Part shown: positions 27,050 to 40,959 of the stretch, piece after piece
How the letters are laid out: each line of letters starts with the position of its first letter
How positions within the stretch are numbered: the stretch's first letter is position 1
Source of the DNA: Octopus vulgaris
Lineage: Eukaryota
DNA length: 64,000 bases
Assembly: GCA_951406725.2 (NCBI GenBank)
Contig: OX597814.1
Span: 96,348,001 to 96,412,000, forward strand
Direction: 5' to 3'
Position numbers and translations under genes: made by a program
The notes under the pieces: generated by a model
Told to the model about the DNA's origin: nothing
The model's database searches: none
What the model saw: the letters and a program-made list of their open reading frames with translations, nothing else

Positions 27050-27430
27050 GATCTGATACTTTTCCCGTTGGGATGCTTGTGCATTGAGATGAAATTATCA
27101 GTATTCAAATCAGAAATCATGACATTACATGGAAGGACTACTGGACCAACCGGTCAGCCTTGGCAGATCTTTATTCGCTGGTTAGAGAGAAGAGAAAGGA
27201 CTCACAGAAACAGTAAGACGAAGAAAATTTCAATTCTTTTGCGGTCTGACTGGGTCACATGGAGATACCATCATATTTGGAAAAACAGGATTTGAAAGGA
27301 GAAGAGGGCGACCAAAAAGAGATTGACTTAATGATACTGGGATGTGGACTGGTATGAAGACTCCAGAATAAAAGTTTGGAACGCAGAGGAATGGAAAAGA
27401 CTGGGGGAAAAATCTAGTATCTGAATAACA
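27050..27430 (+). mobile_element. RTE-like LINE 3' fragment
   Basis: ERRRGRPKRD*LNDTGMWTG..R.EWKR, the typical RTE C-terminus. Confidence 0.55.
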
Positions 27431-28584
27431 GTAGAACTGCTTGGGGAACAACTTGAGTTATATGAATGTAGCTTGGAGATTGAAGTTGATATCAGTTCAT
27501 CAATTATTTTCTTCTTCAGTGTAATTTAGGTTCTTCTGAATATTTAATATTGGGGATTTGCAGGAATATGTCTTTATTCAATTTGAAAAGTGTGTAGAGG
27601 AGAATGTACATCTGTTGAAATGCTGTAGTTGTATGGATATTTTCACGGTATTTTCTATAGGCCTCATCATCATTTTAGATTTTAGTTCTTTTTAGAGTTG
27701 ATTGTTCTTTGATTTACTATAGTAGCTTGTTTATTTCTTGTATGAGAGATTCTGTAGTATTTTCATAGCTTTTAGTGCGCATTTACTGTATGTGTGGCCG
27801 TCTATCTTGTATAACTTTCTTATTTTGTAGAGTCATGTTTTTGTAATTACTGGGTTCCACTGCAATACTTTCACTGGTTTGTTGTAGGTCGTCTTCCTAT
27901 GTGCATCGGTTTTAATTTATTTTCAGTGTTTTCTTTCTATGATATGTACTCTTTCAATCTTTTTTTATCCTGTCTGTCACATTTGAAAATGTGTTCACTG
28001 TTTTGCAGCAATCATGTACGTTGGGTATAGTGCTAATATATAAAAGAAATGTAATAATCCGATGTTGTTTCCATTTGAACAAGGTAAATACCAGAAGTCA
28101 TCTACACAAGAGTGCATAGATACCCCACAATATCTGAAACTCTAACAATGCACAACACGAGGCTAATGGAACTGCAGGAGAATCTAAAACCGGACCATAA
28201 TATAATGTGTCGATTCGGGTGGAAATAAAGAACGGACATTAAAAAATTAAAGTGAAGGACTATTGATAAAAATCTGGAGCATCCGTCTATCAATAGCTAA
28301 TAGACAACTGCCTTGGAAAACATACAAGATTTTTCGGTTCGTCCAAAATCAGGAACGTTTATGTCTTATTTCGGAAGATCCAAGAGAAAGAAAGCCAATC
28401 ATTTGAATCCTTCCAGCAGGATGCAATCAGAAAAGAATAAGAAGTACCGGGGCAGATTCGTGGGTGTTTCGATCCTCATTAGGTGGCGTTTTATCACCTC
28501 TTGCTGGGTGAAAAATATTGACTGAGAAACCCTCGAAGTATTTGTATTCGTCCTATTTAATTTCATTTCATTACTCCTGTCTGA

Positions 28585-28710
28585 GTGTTGGCTCTCGATT
28601 ATGTAGTCGTGGGATCGATGCCTAGACCAGTTCACCTTGTAACCTTGAGCATGGGTCTTCATTTCACGTTTGTCCATTTTACTCAACTGAAAATGAGTAA
28701 CAGCTTATTG
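28585..28710 (+). mobile_element. Old tRNA-derived SINE of a third family
   Basis: B-box-like gggatcgatgcc then ccttgagca...ttcatttcacg...actcaactgaaaatgagta. Confidence 0.4.
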
Positions 28711-28827
28711 GTGGTGGAGCACTCTATCCCTCTAGCTACCGTATCCTAGATGTTTCGGCAGGCCAAGTGGTGGAAGGGTTGGTGTGTGTGTGTGTGTGTG
28801 TGTGCCTGTGTGTGTGTATGTGCGTGC

Positions 28828-28861
<34 letters not shown>

Positions 28862-29576
28862 CGTGTGCGTGTGTGTGTGTGTGTATGTTCACGCTTACAT
28901 AGTCATCTTAGATTAACGAAAATATGATATATGCTACCAGGTCGTACAGGTTTGTGAGTGACGGTTATGGGTTTAAACATAAATATACATAGATATATAC
29001 TTCTAACATATAGACACACATAAGTGTATATACGAATGTGGATATTACTGAACGCATATTAGTATGTGTATTTATAAATATAACATTTAACATATGTAAA
29101 TTGCATCAATCACAGTGTCAGTGAGTGCAAAATTCTTTTCACACAAAACCGGCATGAAAACCTTGAGTTGACAATTCATCTTTGTGTCTACTCATGGTAC
29201 ATTTGATACCACGAGTTACTTTTCTGTTGATTAGGTTCTGTATTTTCTCATTTACACATGCCATTGAGTAACGTATCATTTAGTTATTTATAGGGACTAC
29301 CAATACATAGACAAGTGAACATTTTCTCAATTTGGTACATAGTTTAGTTATTTTACTGTGTCTAAACTAGATTCCTTAAGATTTGTGGGCGGATGATTTC
29401 GCTTGTTTGTTAATTTTTAAACCTGTTTTTCATGTATGGCCTTTTTGCTTCAGTCCTCCTTTATTCTAAATGCATTTTACCACATATTTTGTAATCTCTA
29501 TATGACATATTTTGCATCATGAACTAGGGAGTTTGTGGCCAATAAAGAATTAGTTGCAGTATTAATGACAATAAGG

Positions 29577-29640
<64 letters not shown>

Positions 29641-29642
<2 letters not shown>

Positions 29643-30185
29643 GAGTGAGAGAGCAGCGCATGTCATCAAAGTGACATTGCTGTAAAATACACGAAGCCCA
29701 GTATACCCATCATATACTGCACGTCTGATAAGGTTACACCAGGCACATGTATCACAACCATATGTGCGCGACATAGTGATCTCATATCAAGATAAATAGT
29801 GCATGACCTTGCCCAGTTAGACATTTCTTCAAGTCGAGTAGCCCATCCCGCTCAAAATGGTCTCTGAATAAAGTTTGTTTTAAGGATGATGAAGAATCAT
29901 CCATGTTTCTGGAGGTGAATTATTCAAACTCCAAATAATTCCTCTCAGCACATGGCTATGATATTCCCCCTCTATTTCTGCTAGTGATCAGAGATGCAAA
30001 TAACATCAGCCACTAAAGGAATACTCAACTGGTTATAGTCAAGCAAATGACAAGAAAATCTGTGGTATTAAGTAGAATATTTGTTGTAGCCTATCTTTTA
30101 TACCATAACAAAATATTCATAACACTTCCAATCAGTTAAGATCAAAAGTCATGAGAGCCACTGCCTGATACTGCATCACGGCATA
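29641..30185. mobile_element. Full-length copy of the unclassified ~545-bp TTA-associated repeat
   Basis: Both termini present (tgagtgagagagcag ... gcatcacgggca); (TTA)n left, (CTA)n right. Confidence 0.85.
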
Positions 30186-30192
30186 CTATTTT

Positions 30193-30345
<153 letters not shown>

Positions 30346-33300
30346 AGTTTTGACTTTTGTTTTGCATTTGTACAAGTTGATTCCAAGTCTCGCCCAGAGA
30401 CCTCATAAGACAAGTTAGAAGTTCAAGCTGGTGTTATGATGGATGCCATATATTTAGCTTGGCACAACGTATTGTTCTAGAGAAGGTCTAAGAAAACATA
30501 AGAAAATAAGTTTGTTTTAAAATTTGAGATTACATATACAGATTATATAGATAGCATTTTACGTAGGATATGGGCAGTTCCCAGGAGCACTATTTAAAAA
30601 AAAAAATTCTTCCATTTTAGGATTTCCTGGTTTCCTGAGGTAGGTAGCAACCAGCCCCTTTTGTATCATTCATAAGGCACCTATGACAACAGGTATTGAA
30701 TTAGTTTTGAGGTTCCACATTTCGATGGTTTCATTTTGTTGTTTACATACACGACATGTTGGGCTACTACCGTTCTTTGATATGTTGGCCTGGTAGCTCC
30801 TTGTAGGATAGTCATTGATCTTGGGTTGCTATGATAAGCTCTTCTGTTTCTGATTTTAAGCCAGAAGACACTAACAACTGATGGGTAAGGGCTTTGTCCA
30901 CATCGGCATTATTAGCTCTCGCTGGGTATTTGGCACTGAGAGGTTTTTCTTGCCATTTATCAGTAAGAATATTTAAGGCAGCGGTTTTAGCACGGCTTTT
31001 CATACGCTTAGCTTTTTCTGTGCTTGTTTCCAGTATGTCGTCTATTTCTGGGATTTGTTGTATTTGGAACTAATTTAGATATTTCTTTTCCTGTTTTCTT
31101 ACGAAGTATGATGTTTTCTAGTTTTCATGCTTTTAGACAAGTTTTAACATCCAGTCATCAGAGTTTTTCAGTTAGGTGTTTAAGCCAATTGTAGCAATCG
31201 TCATTATTGATTCCAGTTGTAAGTGTCCACGGCCACTTTCTTTTGGTAGGTAAAGTCGTTCTCTATCGCTACTTTAGAGTGGTGCATTTTATGCATTGTT
31301 AACAATTTTCGTATTTTTCTGTCAAGATTACATATTTCAGTAATCGACCAGTTAATAATATTGAAACTGTAAGTCACGAACGGTATGGCTAAAGTATTGA
31401 TCGCTTAGATCTTGTTTCTTGCATTCAGCTCTGTCTTGAGTATTGCCCTTACTCTGCGATAACATTCGTTTCTGATCTTTTCTCTCATCACTAAATGTTT
31501 CTGATCTTTTCTCCCATCACCTTCAAAGATCTCTATGTATTTGTAGCTATACGCTGGCTCTCACTCCTTTATGACATTCTGTTGGTCAAGATTAACGTTG
31601 GATGTTTCTGTTATTTTTCTTCTGATAAAGGTAGCTTTTACATATTTATCGATGTCAAAGTCCACCCTGACGTCATCATTGAACTGTTTAATAATTGCTA
31701 GTAAGCCCCCTTGTTGTTGGTAATCTTTTTGCAGAGTTTTAAATAATCCATGTAAAAGCGATGATTTATATTTTCATCAAAAATGTTATAGCCATATTGT
31801 ACATCATCGAGCAATTTCGAGAGAAGTATTAAAGCTAGACAAAAGAGGAGCGGCGATAGACAGTCATACTAGAAAATGCCACATGAAATTCTTACATCTC
31901 CCGCATTATGAGATTCATTGTCACTGTTCAAAGTCAGTGTGGTTCTCCATGATTTCATACTTACAGATAAAGAGTTTCGCAGTGTAGGCGCTATTGTATA
32001 AATTTTCAGATATTTCGTAGTCCAGCTATGTAGTAGACTATCAAAAGCATTTTTATAGTCTATTCAGGCTATTGACAAGTTATTGTGTTGTTTGTGACAA
32101 TCTTCCAAGATCACCTTATTGATGAGTAGCTGATCTTTACAACCATAGGACCCACGTTTACATCCTTTTTGCTCATTAGAGAATATGCCCCTTTTTATTA
32201 AAAAGAAAACTATAGGTATATTCAGTCCAGACAGATGTTAGTATTTTATACATGGTTGTTAAGCAGGTTATAGGTCTATAATTTTTTGGTTCATTTGTTT
32301 CTTCATTTTTTAGAAGTAGAGGTGTAGTACCATTAACTAACCAAGAGGGAATCGTACCAGACATTCTATGTCAGACCTAAGTAATTGAATATGGTGTTAA
32401 ATACACTCTGGCCAAATAGGCTTTTTGTGGGAATGTTGTTGTTTTCTAATCTTTTCACCACATAGAATCGTTGAAATCTTCGCGTATGCATAGCACAGGT
32501 GACTGAGATCTGCAATATAAACATCATTAGCTGAAATTATATCCTTAAGTGCAAGGCGGATTTTACCAATTACTTTCAGGTGTTGGTTAGAGTTGCGAAT
32601 TTTTGAGAGAGTGTCACGTTCATTCATACTGGTTTCTTTAATTTTCAACCATTCAACCATGATTTGATTTTTTAGATCATCTGCTTCAGTTAGATCAATT
32701 TCTGTGTGACTTTTTTCATCTATTTGATTTTCATCTGCCTTAGTGGTTCATAGAGAGTATTTCCCTTTATTTATCGGTTACATTGACTCTTTCTATTATT
32801 ACTGCAGTTTCATCAGACCTGGGTTGGTCTGTAATTATTTCCTCAGTAGTATATTCTTTAGCTCTAACTTTCTTCCTTTTATCTCTTACTGATTGTTTAA
32901 TTTGGTCAGTCTCTAATTCAGTTATTAATTTCATTTTTATAATGTTTCGTCTGACGTTGGCAAGTTTGTTACTGTCTATGTAGGGTCTTACTTCAAGGTG
33001 TTTCTCTCTCCAGTTTAGGTTGGTTTGTTCAGTATTAGATATATTTATGAGGAAATACATGACACGATAGAAGGCTTTAAGAAATTCTCTATTATCTCCC
33101 CTTGAATAGTTTTCAAATTTTTTCTTTTGGTTATTTGATGACGAGCGTGGATGGCTATTTGCTGGAATATTCCAGCAGTGGTGGTACTTCCAACTCCTGT
33201 GTTTCGGGAAGATTTGAGCCAGTAGCTGACTTTTCGTATCCAGTCTGGTTCCTCACGGGGGTACACCGCTCTTGTTGATACGGATGACGGAAGATCCGGT

Positions 33301-33830
33301 GTGAATGTTGCTTTGTTATCTGTGAGGCATGACAAGCTTGGACGTTGACATTAGGGGTCGGATCTGTCTGTTTAGCGTCAACTTTTTGAGACAAAACTGC
33401 TCCCGAGTTCTCTGAATGAGAACATTGCTCGTAACCTAGCTTCTTAAGGCTAACAGATCTGTATTCGTCCGTATTTTTTGTTGTTGACAGATTTATGTCC
33501 AAGCATAGTTTCTTTGTGGTGTTTTTAAACTCATGAATTGCTCACTCTGTATTAGTTCAAAGAAAATTGTTTTGTTATTGTTTTGCATCGTTTGTGACAC
33601 GTGTTTTCATATACGTGTATGTGTGTCCAGTAAGTTTTATGTAGTTGTGTAAACATTGGGGTGTATGTATGGTCCTATGGGTATTGAAATGTATATATGA
33701 TTGTATTGACATTCAAGTGTACGCGGAATTAATTTATGTACTTACTGTTTTGTTCCACTTATATTTTATAATTTGTAAATTTTCCGATGTCGATTTCGCA
33801 CGTGTCTTTCGCAGATTATTGTTGTTTTTG
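30346..33830 (-). mobile_element. Dong/R4-clade retrotransposon family A, second copy with internal deletions and 3' UTR
   Basis: Collinear with 1-4060; PSWLVNGTTPLLLKNEETNEPKNYRPITCL, SSGLKSETEELIIATQDQ; trinucleotide tracts on both sides; deletions near 30725 and 32370. Confidence 0.9.
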
Positions 33831-33836
33831 TGGTTG

Positions 33837-33920
<84 letters not shown>
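33831..33920. repeat. (TTA)n microsatellite
   Basis: Direct reading. Confidence 0.97.
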
Positions 33921-33921
<1 letters not shown>

Positions 33922-34300
33922 GGCACGCTGGACGAAATGCTTAGCGGTATTTCGTCTGCCGTTACGTTCTGAGTTCAAATTCCGCCGAGGTCGACTTTGC
34001 CTTTCATCCTTTCGGGGTTGATTAAATAAGTACCAGTTACGCACTGGGGTCGATGTAATCGCCTTAATCCGTTTGTTTGTCTTTGTTTGTCCTCTCTGTG
34101 TTTAGCCCCTTGTGGGTAGTAAAGAAATAGCTATTTTGTCCATCTTTACTTTCTGAGTTCAAATTTCCGCCGAGATCGACTTTCCCTTTCATCCTTTCGG
34201 GGTTGATAAAATAAGTAGCAGTTAAGCGCTGGTGTTGATCTGATCGACTTAGTTCCTTCCCCTATAAAATTGCTGCCGTTGTGCTGTTGAAACTATTATT
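33922..34300 (+). mobile_element. Meta-domain SINE dimer
   Basis: Same two-body layout as 8897-9293. Confidence 0.82.
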
Positions 34301-34736
34301 ATTGAAAGTGACTAGCAATGGTTCTTCAATGCTACAAAGACATTCTGGGATATTTCATTGCGGGATATGCTCTCTCGCATTCATCAACTTCACATTTGTA
34401 TGTATGGACAACGTAAAGTTGATTGAGCTGATAAGAGTGGAAATGAAGGTAAAAAGAATATTGTGCTGTGGTGACGGAGATAAAAGGATTCCTCTACAAA
34501 GCGCAAAAGGAAAGATTGCTAGAATGGTATCTTTTACACATAGTTAGACCGGGTGGGCCTAGCGCTTAGGCAGAAGTAGTTCAAGGTGCCCATAAATTTA
34601 TCCAGATATCGACCAGAATACTTAATACATTAACGTGAACTTCAACAAATTGCGGAAAGCGTTCCAGATCGTACGTATATAAGGTTTTCAAGGGGTTGGT
34701 TAAATTCCCTGTACAACGGAATTTTTGTGTTCATAC

Positions 34737-34881
34737 TATTAGGTTGTCCCAAAAGTTCGTAAACACTTGCGAAAATTGAATTTTTACTCGCCAAGTACTA
34801 ACAAAAACAACAAAAATTATTCCTCAAAATAAAGACCATTATTTTCCAAGACTTTCTACGAACTTTTGGGACAACCTTATA
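34737..34881. mobile_element. Mariner-derived MITE
   Basis: TIRs aggttgtcccaaaagttcgta / tacgaacttttgggacaacct with TA flanks. Confidence 0.85.
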
Positions 34882-37577
34882 AGTGAAATCACACGAATGA
34901 TCCATGAAATGTATCCTCTTTCATCCTCCTAGTAATATATATGGACTTTCGAGTCCCTACGGTAGAAAGTGGAAGTTTTGAAGGACATCTTACTCTAGTT
35001 TCTATGCAAGAAAGTCATACCAACATGCATGCATTACGTTACCGTAATGGTGTCGAATATATCGGAATTTGATGTTGTTAGGATCATATTGAAGGAGCAT
35101 ACTGAAGGAAAATAGTGTCGTCTTTAGCTGTTAAAGTTGGTGGAGAAGTTAGTTACGAAATTTGTTGAATTGGCGAGCGCATGTATCATTTCCATTATGT
35201 ATTATCGCTTAATCACCGGCTTTACTTCTTTAACTTTCCTTATACCGTGGCTAATATTACGCAGATATGTAGTATTTACAGAAATTCCCGAACGGGGAGC
35301 AGACGTAAATCACTGTTTTTGAAGCATGCTCTCTTACAGATCTTTTCTTTCATGGAGTTACTGTAGTGGGTTAAACAAAGGACAAGATTAAGCGTTAGAT
35401 ATCAAACACTCATAATTTCCTACCAGTCGAATAACGCACTTGATGGAATGCTTACACCAACATTATAAAGATATTTAGTGGTGAGTAACAGTGTCGACAA
35501 TCACTGAGAGATCTTGCGCATCAATGATTAGTAAGTAGTTTAATCGGCTGGAATTTCGATCATGATATTATTGACAATTTCTACAAATTACTGATCTAGT
35601 AAGATTACCTTGCTGGAAGGCATTACCAATTCAAAAAATCTATATTGGTGCGGAAATGCCATCAGTTGTATCTGTCTGAGATGAGCGGAGAACAACGTAA
35701 CAGTTTTTGACGAACATTCCTGATATGTATAGTAATGTCGAACGGCTGTTACCGCGTGCAGGACGAATTCGGCAATCGATTGTATCTTATTGTGTTTCTC
35801 ATAATAAGTTTCTCAAATAGAAGAAAGTCACTTGCTGACCTTGGGCAAGAAGGGTTGGTTGTTTTCTTCTATCTCTTCTCTAGAGCGAAAGAAGGTTGTA
35901 TGGTGAATGCAGTTGAAAGGGACGAGAACAGAACTCAGTCTCTTCAACCAATCTTTCACCAACTTCTTTATCTACTTGAAGTGGAGGTGCTATCCATTTG
36001 ATAAAAGGTGGATGCACAGGACGAAAATGTTACGTATGATGGGCTAAATTCTTGAATTTTGCCAGGAGATTGCAGTCGAGAGAAGGCAGCAACCACCCAG
36101 AGTTCTTTGATCGTTCATAGTTGTCAGTTCTTACCTACTTGTGGGGGTTTTGTTTTATATCATATTAAATTTTTAAACCTTTTTTTTTTCTTTCCTGCTG
36201 TATCACGTATTGTTTTGTAACTTTTGTTTTGTACAACTTTTTAAAAATTATATATGTACTGAAATACATTTCAGCAATGCTTGGAATGAATGTCAGTATA
36301 GCTTCATTGATTGCAACATTTAGGGTGTAAAAGAATGACATACGGCAGTTTCTCTTCTGAGATCCTTCTCTACACTTTTAGTAAGTGACAGATTTTTAAC
36401 TGAATTAATTTCATTTTATAGTAGTGCGAGATAATGAAGTAAGAACCTGTGAAGACGAAGTTTTTCTAGGGCTTTTCGCCCAAGGGTTCAATCAATTACT
36501 GAAAGACTAAAGTAAAGAGCATGATTTAAATACAATAAAGCATCCAGTTTGACGAAAACATAGTGAAACAACGAGGAATTATGCAAAAGGAAGCAATAAA
36601 TGAAACATTCATAATCATTGCGCACAGACTCTTATTTAATCAAGTTTGTGTTGCGTAATACAATCCATAAAGATGGCTTTGAATAATCAATGAAAAATAT
36701 TATATCCACTTACCCTAAATATTAAAAAAAAAAACCAACTTAAATTATTTACCCTCGGAAAACTCACTTTTTAAGTAAAGAAACAACTAACTATCGCTTC
36801 TTTTGAAGCAGCATATTTTTGTTCCTGTTAAAACGTAGCATGCAAATATATACTGCAAGAAACAGAATAATTCAATATGTTAATATGCTATTTCTTGGAT
36901 ATCAATTTGCTAAGAATGTTTTTAATACATTTTAGAATTCAAATTTATTCAATGTTACTAATTGAGACAATAATCGATATGTCTTGAGTGTATTAATAAT
37001 CTTTACTCTTTTACTGATTTTATTTCTTCAACTACGGATCGGTTGTGGTTTTTAATTGAACATAGCGATCTCAATATTTATTTCAACCTGCTGCTTAATT
37101 TATCAATCTATATTTTATCGATTAACTAAGTTATCGTTTTGACACATGCACAAACAGACTCAAAAGCATAAACCCGTCTGCACATGAACATTTACCGAAT
37201 GCATATCGGTCACTGAATGTAATGGTTAGGTGATGGCTGTGTGTATCAAGTTGAGAAAGCTGCGTTTGACGAAAAACTGCGAGCTGCATAGTTGGTTATT
37301 TCAGGATGTTCAGAATAAACTGACAGAAAATGATATACTGTATAACTCTCATACTTTTATTTGACCGTTACGAAGTTTATCGTAACTGCAACGAGTTGGA
37401 GAAGTAGATTACAAATGGTAGTCTGGAGAATCGCTTGTCATTGTACTTGTAACAAGCATACTACTAAGGGGCAGGAGGAAAGAGAGGATTTAAGTCTCTG
37501 ACTATTGCGGGCAGAAAGTGAGTTGTTAAATCAACCGCCCGAGGAAGAGAGGGAGAAAGAAGGAAAGAAATGTTACC

Positions 37578-37811
37578 CATTTCTTTACTACACACTAGGG
37601 GCTAAACACAGAGGGGACAAACAAGGACAGACAAACGGATTAAGTCGATTACATCGACCCCAGTGCGTAACTGGTACTTAATTTATCGACCCCGAAAGGA
37701 TGAAAGGCAAAGTCGACCTCGGTGGAATTTGAACTCAGAACGTAACCGGCAGACGAAATACGGCTACGCATTTCGCCCGGCGTGCTAACGTTTCTGCCAG
37801 CTCGCCGCCTT
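37578..37811 (-). mobile_element. Young Meta-domain SINE monomer with 18-bp TSD
   Basis: aaggaaagaaatgttacc at 37560-37577 and 37812-37829. Confidence 0.9.
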
Positions 37812-38149
37812 AAGGAAAGAAATGTTACCTCTCTGACAGTTGCTGAGCGATGAGAACATTCTTTTTCATGCGACTCACATTTAGACTTGTCCAAGCGTTA
37901 GAACTACATCAGTAACAATAGAGTTAAGTGGGTTATCTTGAATGAAATCAATTTCATCTCATTTGTTGGGGAATTTGACAGATGACACACATAAATTCTG
38001 AGTGCAAACTTCAGGCTGAGGTTTCGATACCAGGTTGTAAACACAGTGTCCATACGCTACATACATATTCGTTGGAAACATCATCAAAATAATATCTTTC
38101 AAAAGAAATGTGGAAACAATTTATAATTGTAAATACAATAATTTTATTG

Positions 38150-38526
38150 TTTTATTTATTCCAGTCATTGGACTGCGGCCATATTGGGGCACTGCATTGA
38201 AGAGTTTAGTTGAACAAATCTACCCTAGTGCTTTTTAAGTCTGGTAATATTCTATTTTAATTTTTGCTGAACTGTTAAATTACAGGGACGTAAACAAACC
38301 AACTCTGGTTGCCAAGCACTGGAAGAAGAAACAAAGATATGTATTCAAAAAAATATTTATACGAGAGGCTTCCGCACAGTTTCCCTCTATCGAATTCACT
38401 CGCAAGACATTGGTCGGTTCGAAGCTATAGAAGAACTAACTTACTGAAAGTGTCGTGCACTGGAACTGAACTCGAAACCACGTAGTTGTGAAGAGAACTT
38501 CCTAATCACACAGCCACGCCTGCACC
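38150..38526 (-). mobile_element. CORE-type SINE, diverged
   Basis: Reverse complement of the 19261 family (cacacagccacgcctgcacc head). Confidence 0.72.
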
Positions 38527-38798
38527 TTCTTAAGCATACAGCCAAGCTTGCGCCTGCTTCATAGCTTTACATTAAATTTATTTGTAATGAAATGATAACT
38601 CAATAAATACGATGTTGTGCATCAAGATTATGATCAAATACAATTATAATTTTGCCTCATTATAAGATTAAGTGCTGTCGAAATATCGTTCTAGGAGGTT
38701 ATATATACACTAGCTGTTTTAATCATTGCTAATCGTTATAATGAACGCTCTCAGCATCCAGTTTGCATTCATTTTGGGAATGGGGGCAAGCCGATTGC

Positions 38799-38836
<38 letters not shown>

Positions 38837-39220
38837 GCACCGATTACATGCAATCTTGTATTTAAGTGAGTTTTTGTCCTTGCAAACACTTATTTTCTTT
38901 TGAATCAAACCCCAGATAGCCTGAAAATAAATTGAAAAATATATTTCGTTTTATAAGTTACTGTTATCATTTTGAAATTGTAATAAGTTCTTTACAAAAT
39001 ATTTATACAGTTTTTTTTATATTTTACGACGAATATGTCTTTCCTTCAATTTGTTTTCGACTAATGCGTTCGATCAATTTGTCTTTCGAACAATTCGTTT
39101 TCAGTGAATATGCTTTCAACCGTTATGTGTTTTAATGATTATGCTTTGATGGGTGTATAGATTATAAAAAATTTTTAGGTATTTAACGACGTAACTTTAA
39201 TAATGCATATCCTTTTTAAA

Positions 39221-39640
39221 GGCGGCGAGTTGACAGATTCATTTGCTTGCCAGATAGAATTCTGACAGCACTTATTTCGGCTCTCTGTGTTTATATCCTA
39301 GTGGTGTCAGGATCGATAAATATAGTAGCTTACCGGGACTATGAATTGACAGAATTGTTAGAGTGCTTTGCGAAATTTATTCCAGTACTTTATGTTCTGG
39401 TCCAGATTCAGGACTACAAGTAATTATAAAAGTGAAATAGAGGACGAGGAGGCTTGTAGCCGGAGAAGATTCCTTGCAATATACTTTCCAGCGTTTGATG
39501 TGTTGAGTTCAAATCCTACAGAGATCATCTTTCATTTTCATCCTTCTGGTATTGATAAACAAAATCACAAGTAAAATATGAATAACTCCTCCAATCCAAG
39601 CTGCTGGACCTGTATCTAAAAACTAGAAAGAATTATTATG
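39221..39640 (+). mobile_element. Degraded Meta-domain SINE pieces
   Basis: ggcggcgagttgacaga head; gagttcaaatcc..ttttcatccttc. Confidence 0.55.
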
Positions 39641-39649
39641 AGATCTTAC

Positions 39650-40470
39650 TTGAAATGGTTGAACAACAGACAAGCACAAGCACTTGTACAGTGTCGCAGA
39701 ACTTGATCCTTCACAAAGCACCATCAATCTTCACTTCGATAAGCTCGACTTTGTGAAAGGACGCTGTTGAGAATCTCCTCCTGAATTGACCAGTAACTAG
39801 GCTTATGCAAACAACTGCTGGCAAATCCCTCGAGATACCCAATTTTAACATCCTATAGTAACTGGGGATGAAAAAATGGATATATTTTGGGAATTTTGGA
39901 ATGCTAAGAGAAATCAGTCGCTTTGTTCTGGCCAGGCTTCAGAACCTATTCTCAAATAAAGGTGGCTTGAACAGGTCACGTTGTGTGTTTGGTGGAATTT
40001 CGAGGGGATGGTGAACTTTGAGCTTGTTTCAGATGATCATGCCTTTACACTCAATAACAGCATCGAGTATATGCTGTTTTGAAAGCCCGCTATCCAGAAT
40101 TGGTCAATCGAAGACGCGCATTCCCACAGCATAACAATGCTTCAGTACACGCTGCCAATGTAACTAGGAATAAACTCGAGGAACTTGAGAGGCTGGAAGT
40201 GCTGCCTCATCTTGGCTACAGTCCAGACCATGCACCATCAGATTATGAACTACGGATCATTTCCTGCGCGTACAGACGTTCGATAACGAGCATGAGATTG
40301 AAAACGGGTGCAGGGAGATTTTACTTCTAAACCAGTCAAATGGTATGAGCATGGAGGTGAGCTTCTGGCACAACGTAGACAACAGACAATAGAATATGAT
40401 GCGATATATTTTGAGGAATAATAACATTTTGTATGTAATTATTTTGAATAATTAAGGCTTGAAATACGAA
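39650..40470 (+). mobile_element. Degraded mariner transposase fragment
   Basis: IVTGDEK, LCVWWNFEG, PELVNRRRAFPQHNNASVH..LPHLGYSPDHAPSDY. Confidence 0.82.
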
Positions 40471-40959
40471 AAAATATTTGACTCAACTTGGTAGTTAGTA
40501 CTGAGCTTGAAAAATATTGAATTTATTCTGGAATGCAAGAGAAAGCAGGGACTATAATATGGGAGCGCATGTGAGAAAAGGGACTTCTTCCCTACTGTGA
40601 AGTTAGGGATGAAAGACAATGTGTAGTAAGAAACGATAAACAAAGAGATTGATACAGCAGGTCAAATAAAGGAGGATTGTAGCGCGTAAAGATTGAACCG
40701 AAGGCTCTGGTCAAGATTTACACGGAGGAAATGACTAATTCAAAGAAGCATTAAAATTACAGAAATTTCGGTTTATGTACTAAATTTGTGTTAGGAGAAT
40801 AAGAAATCTGGGTAAGATAATTGTAGTCTTAAAGTCTTTGAATAAGATTCTTTCAAACAGAAGAAGTGAAATTAATTGTGTTTTAACTAGTAAATTTACG
40901 GACGAGAGGGGAAGAAAGCAAAACGATTAACCTTTTCGATTGAGTGACTCTTAATCTTT

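Noticed and set aside
28455-28490. Minus-strand hammerhead (CTAATGA-ggatc-GAAA)
   Set aside because: No room for stem II, no UH triplet and no stem I
27430-29570. Additional Penelope-like coding remnants on the minus strand (27430-28000, 29100-29570)
   Set aside because: Composition is suggestive but no motif could be read with confidence
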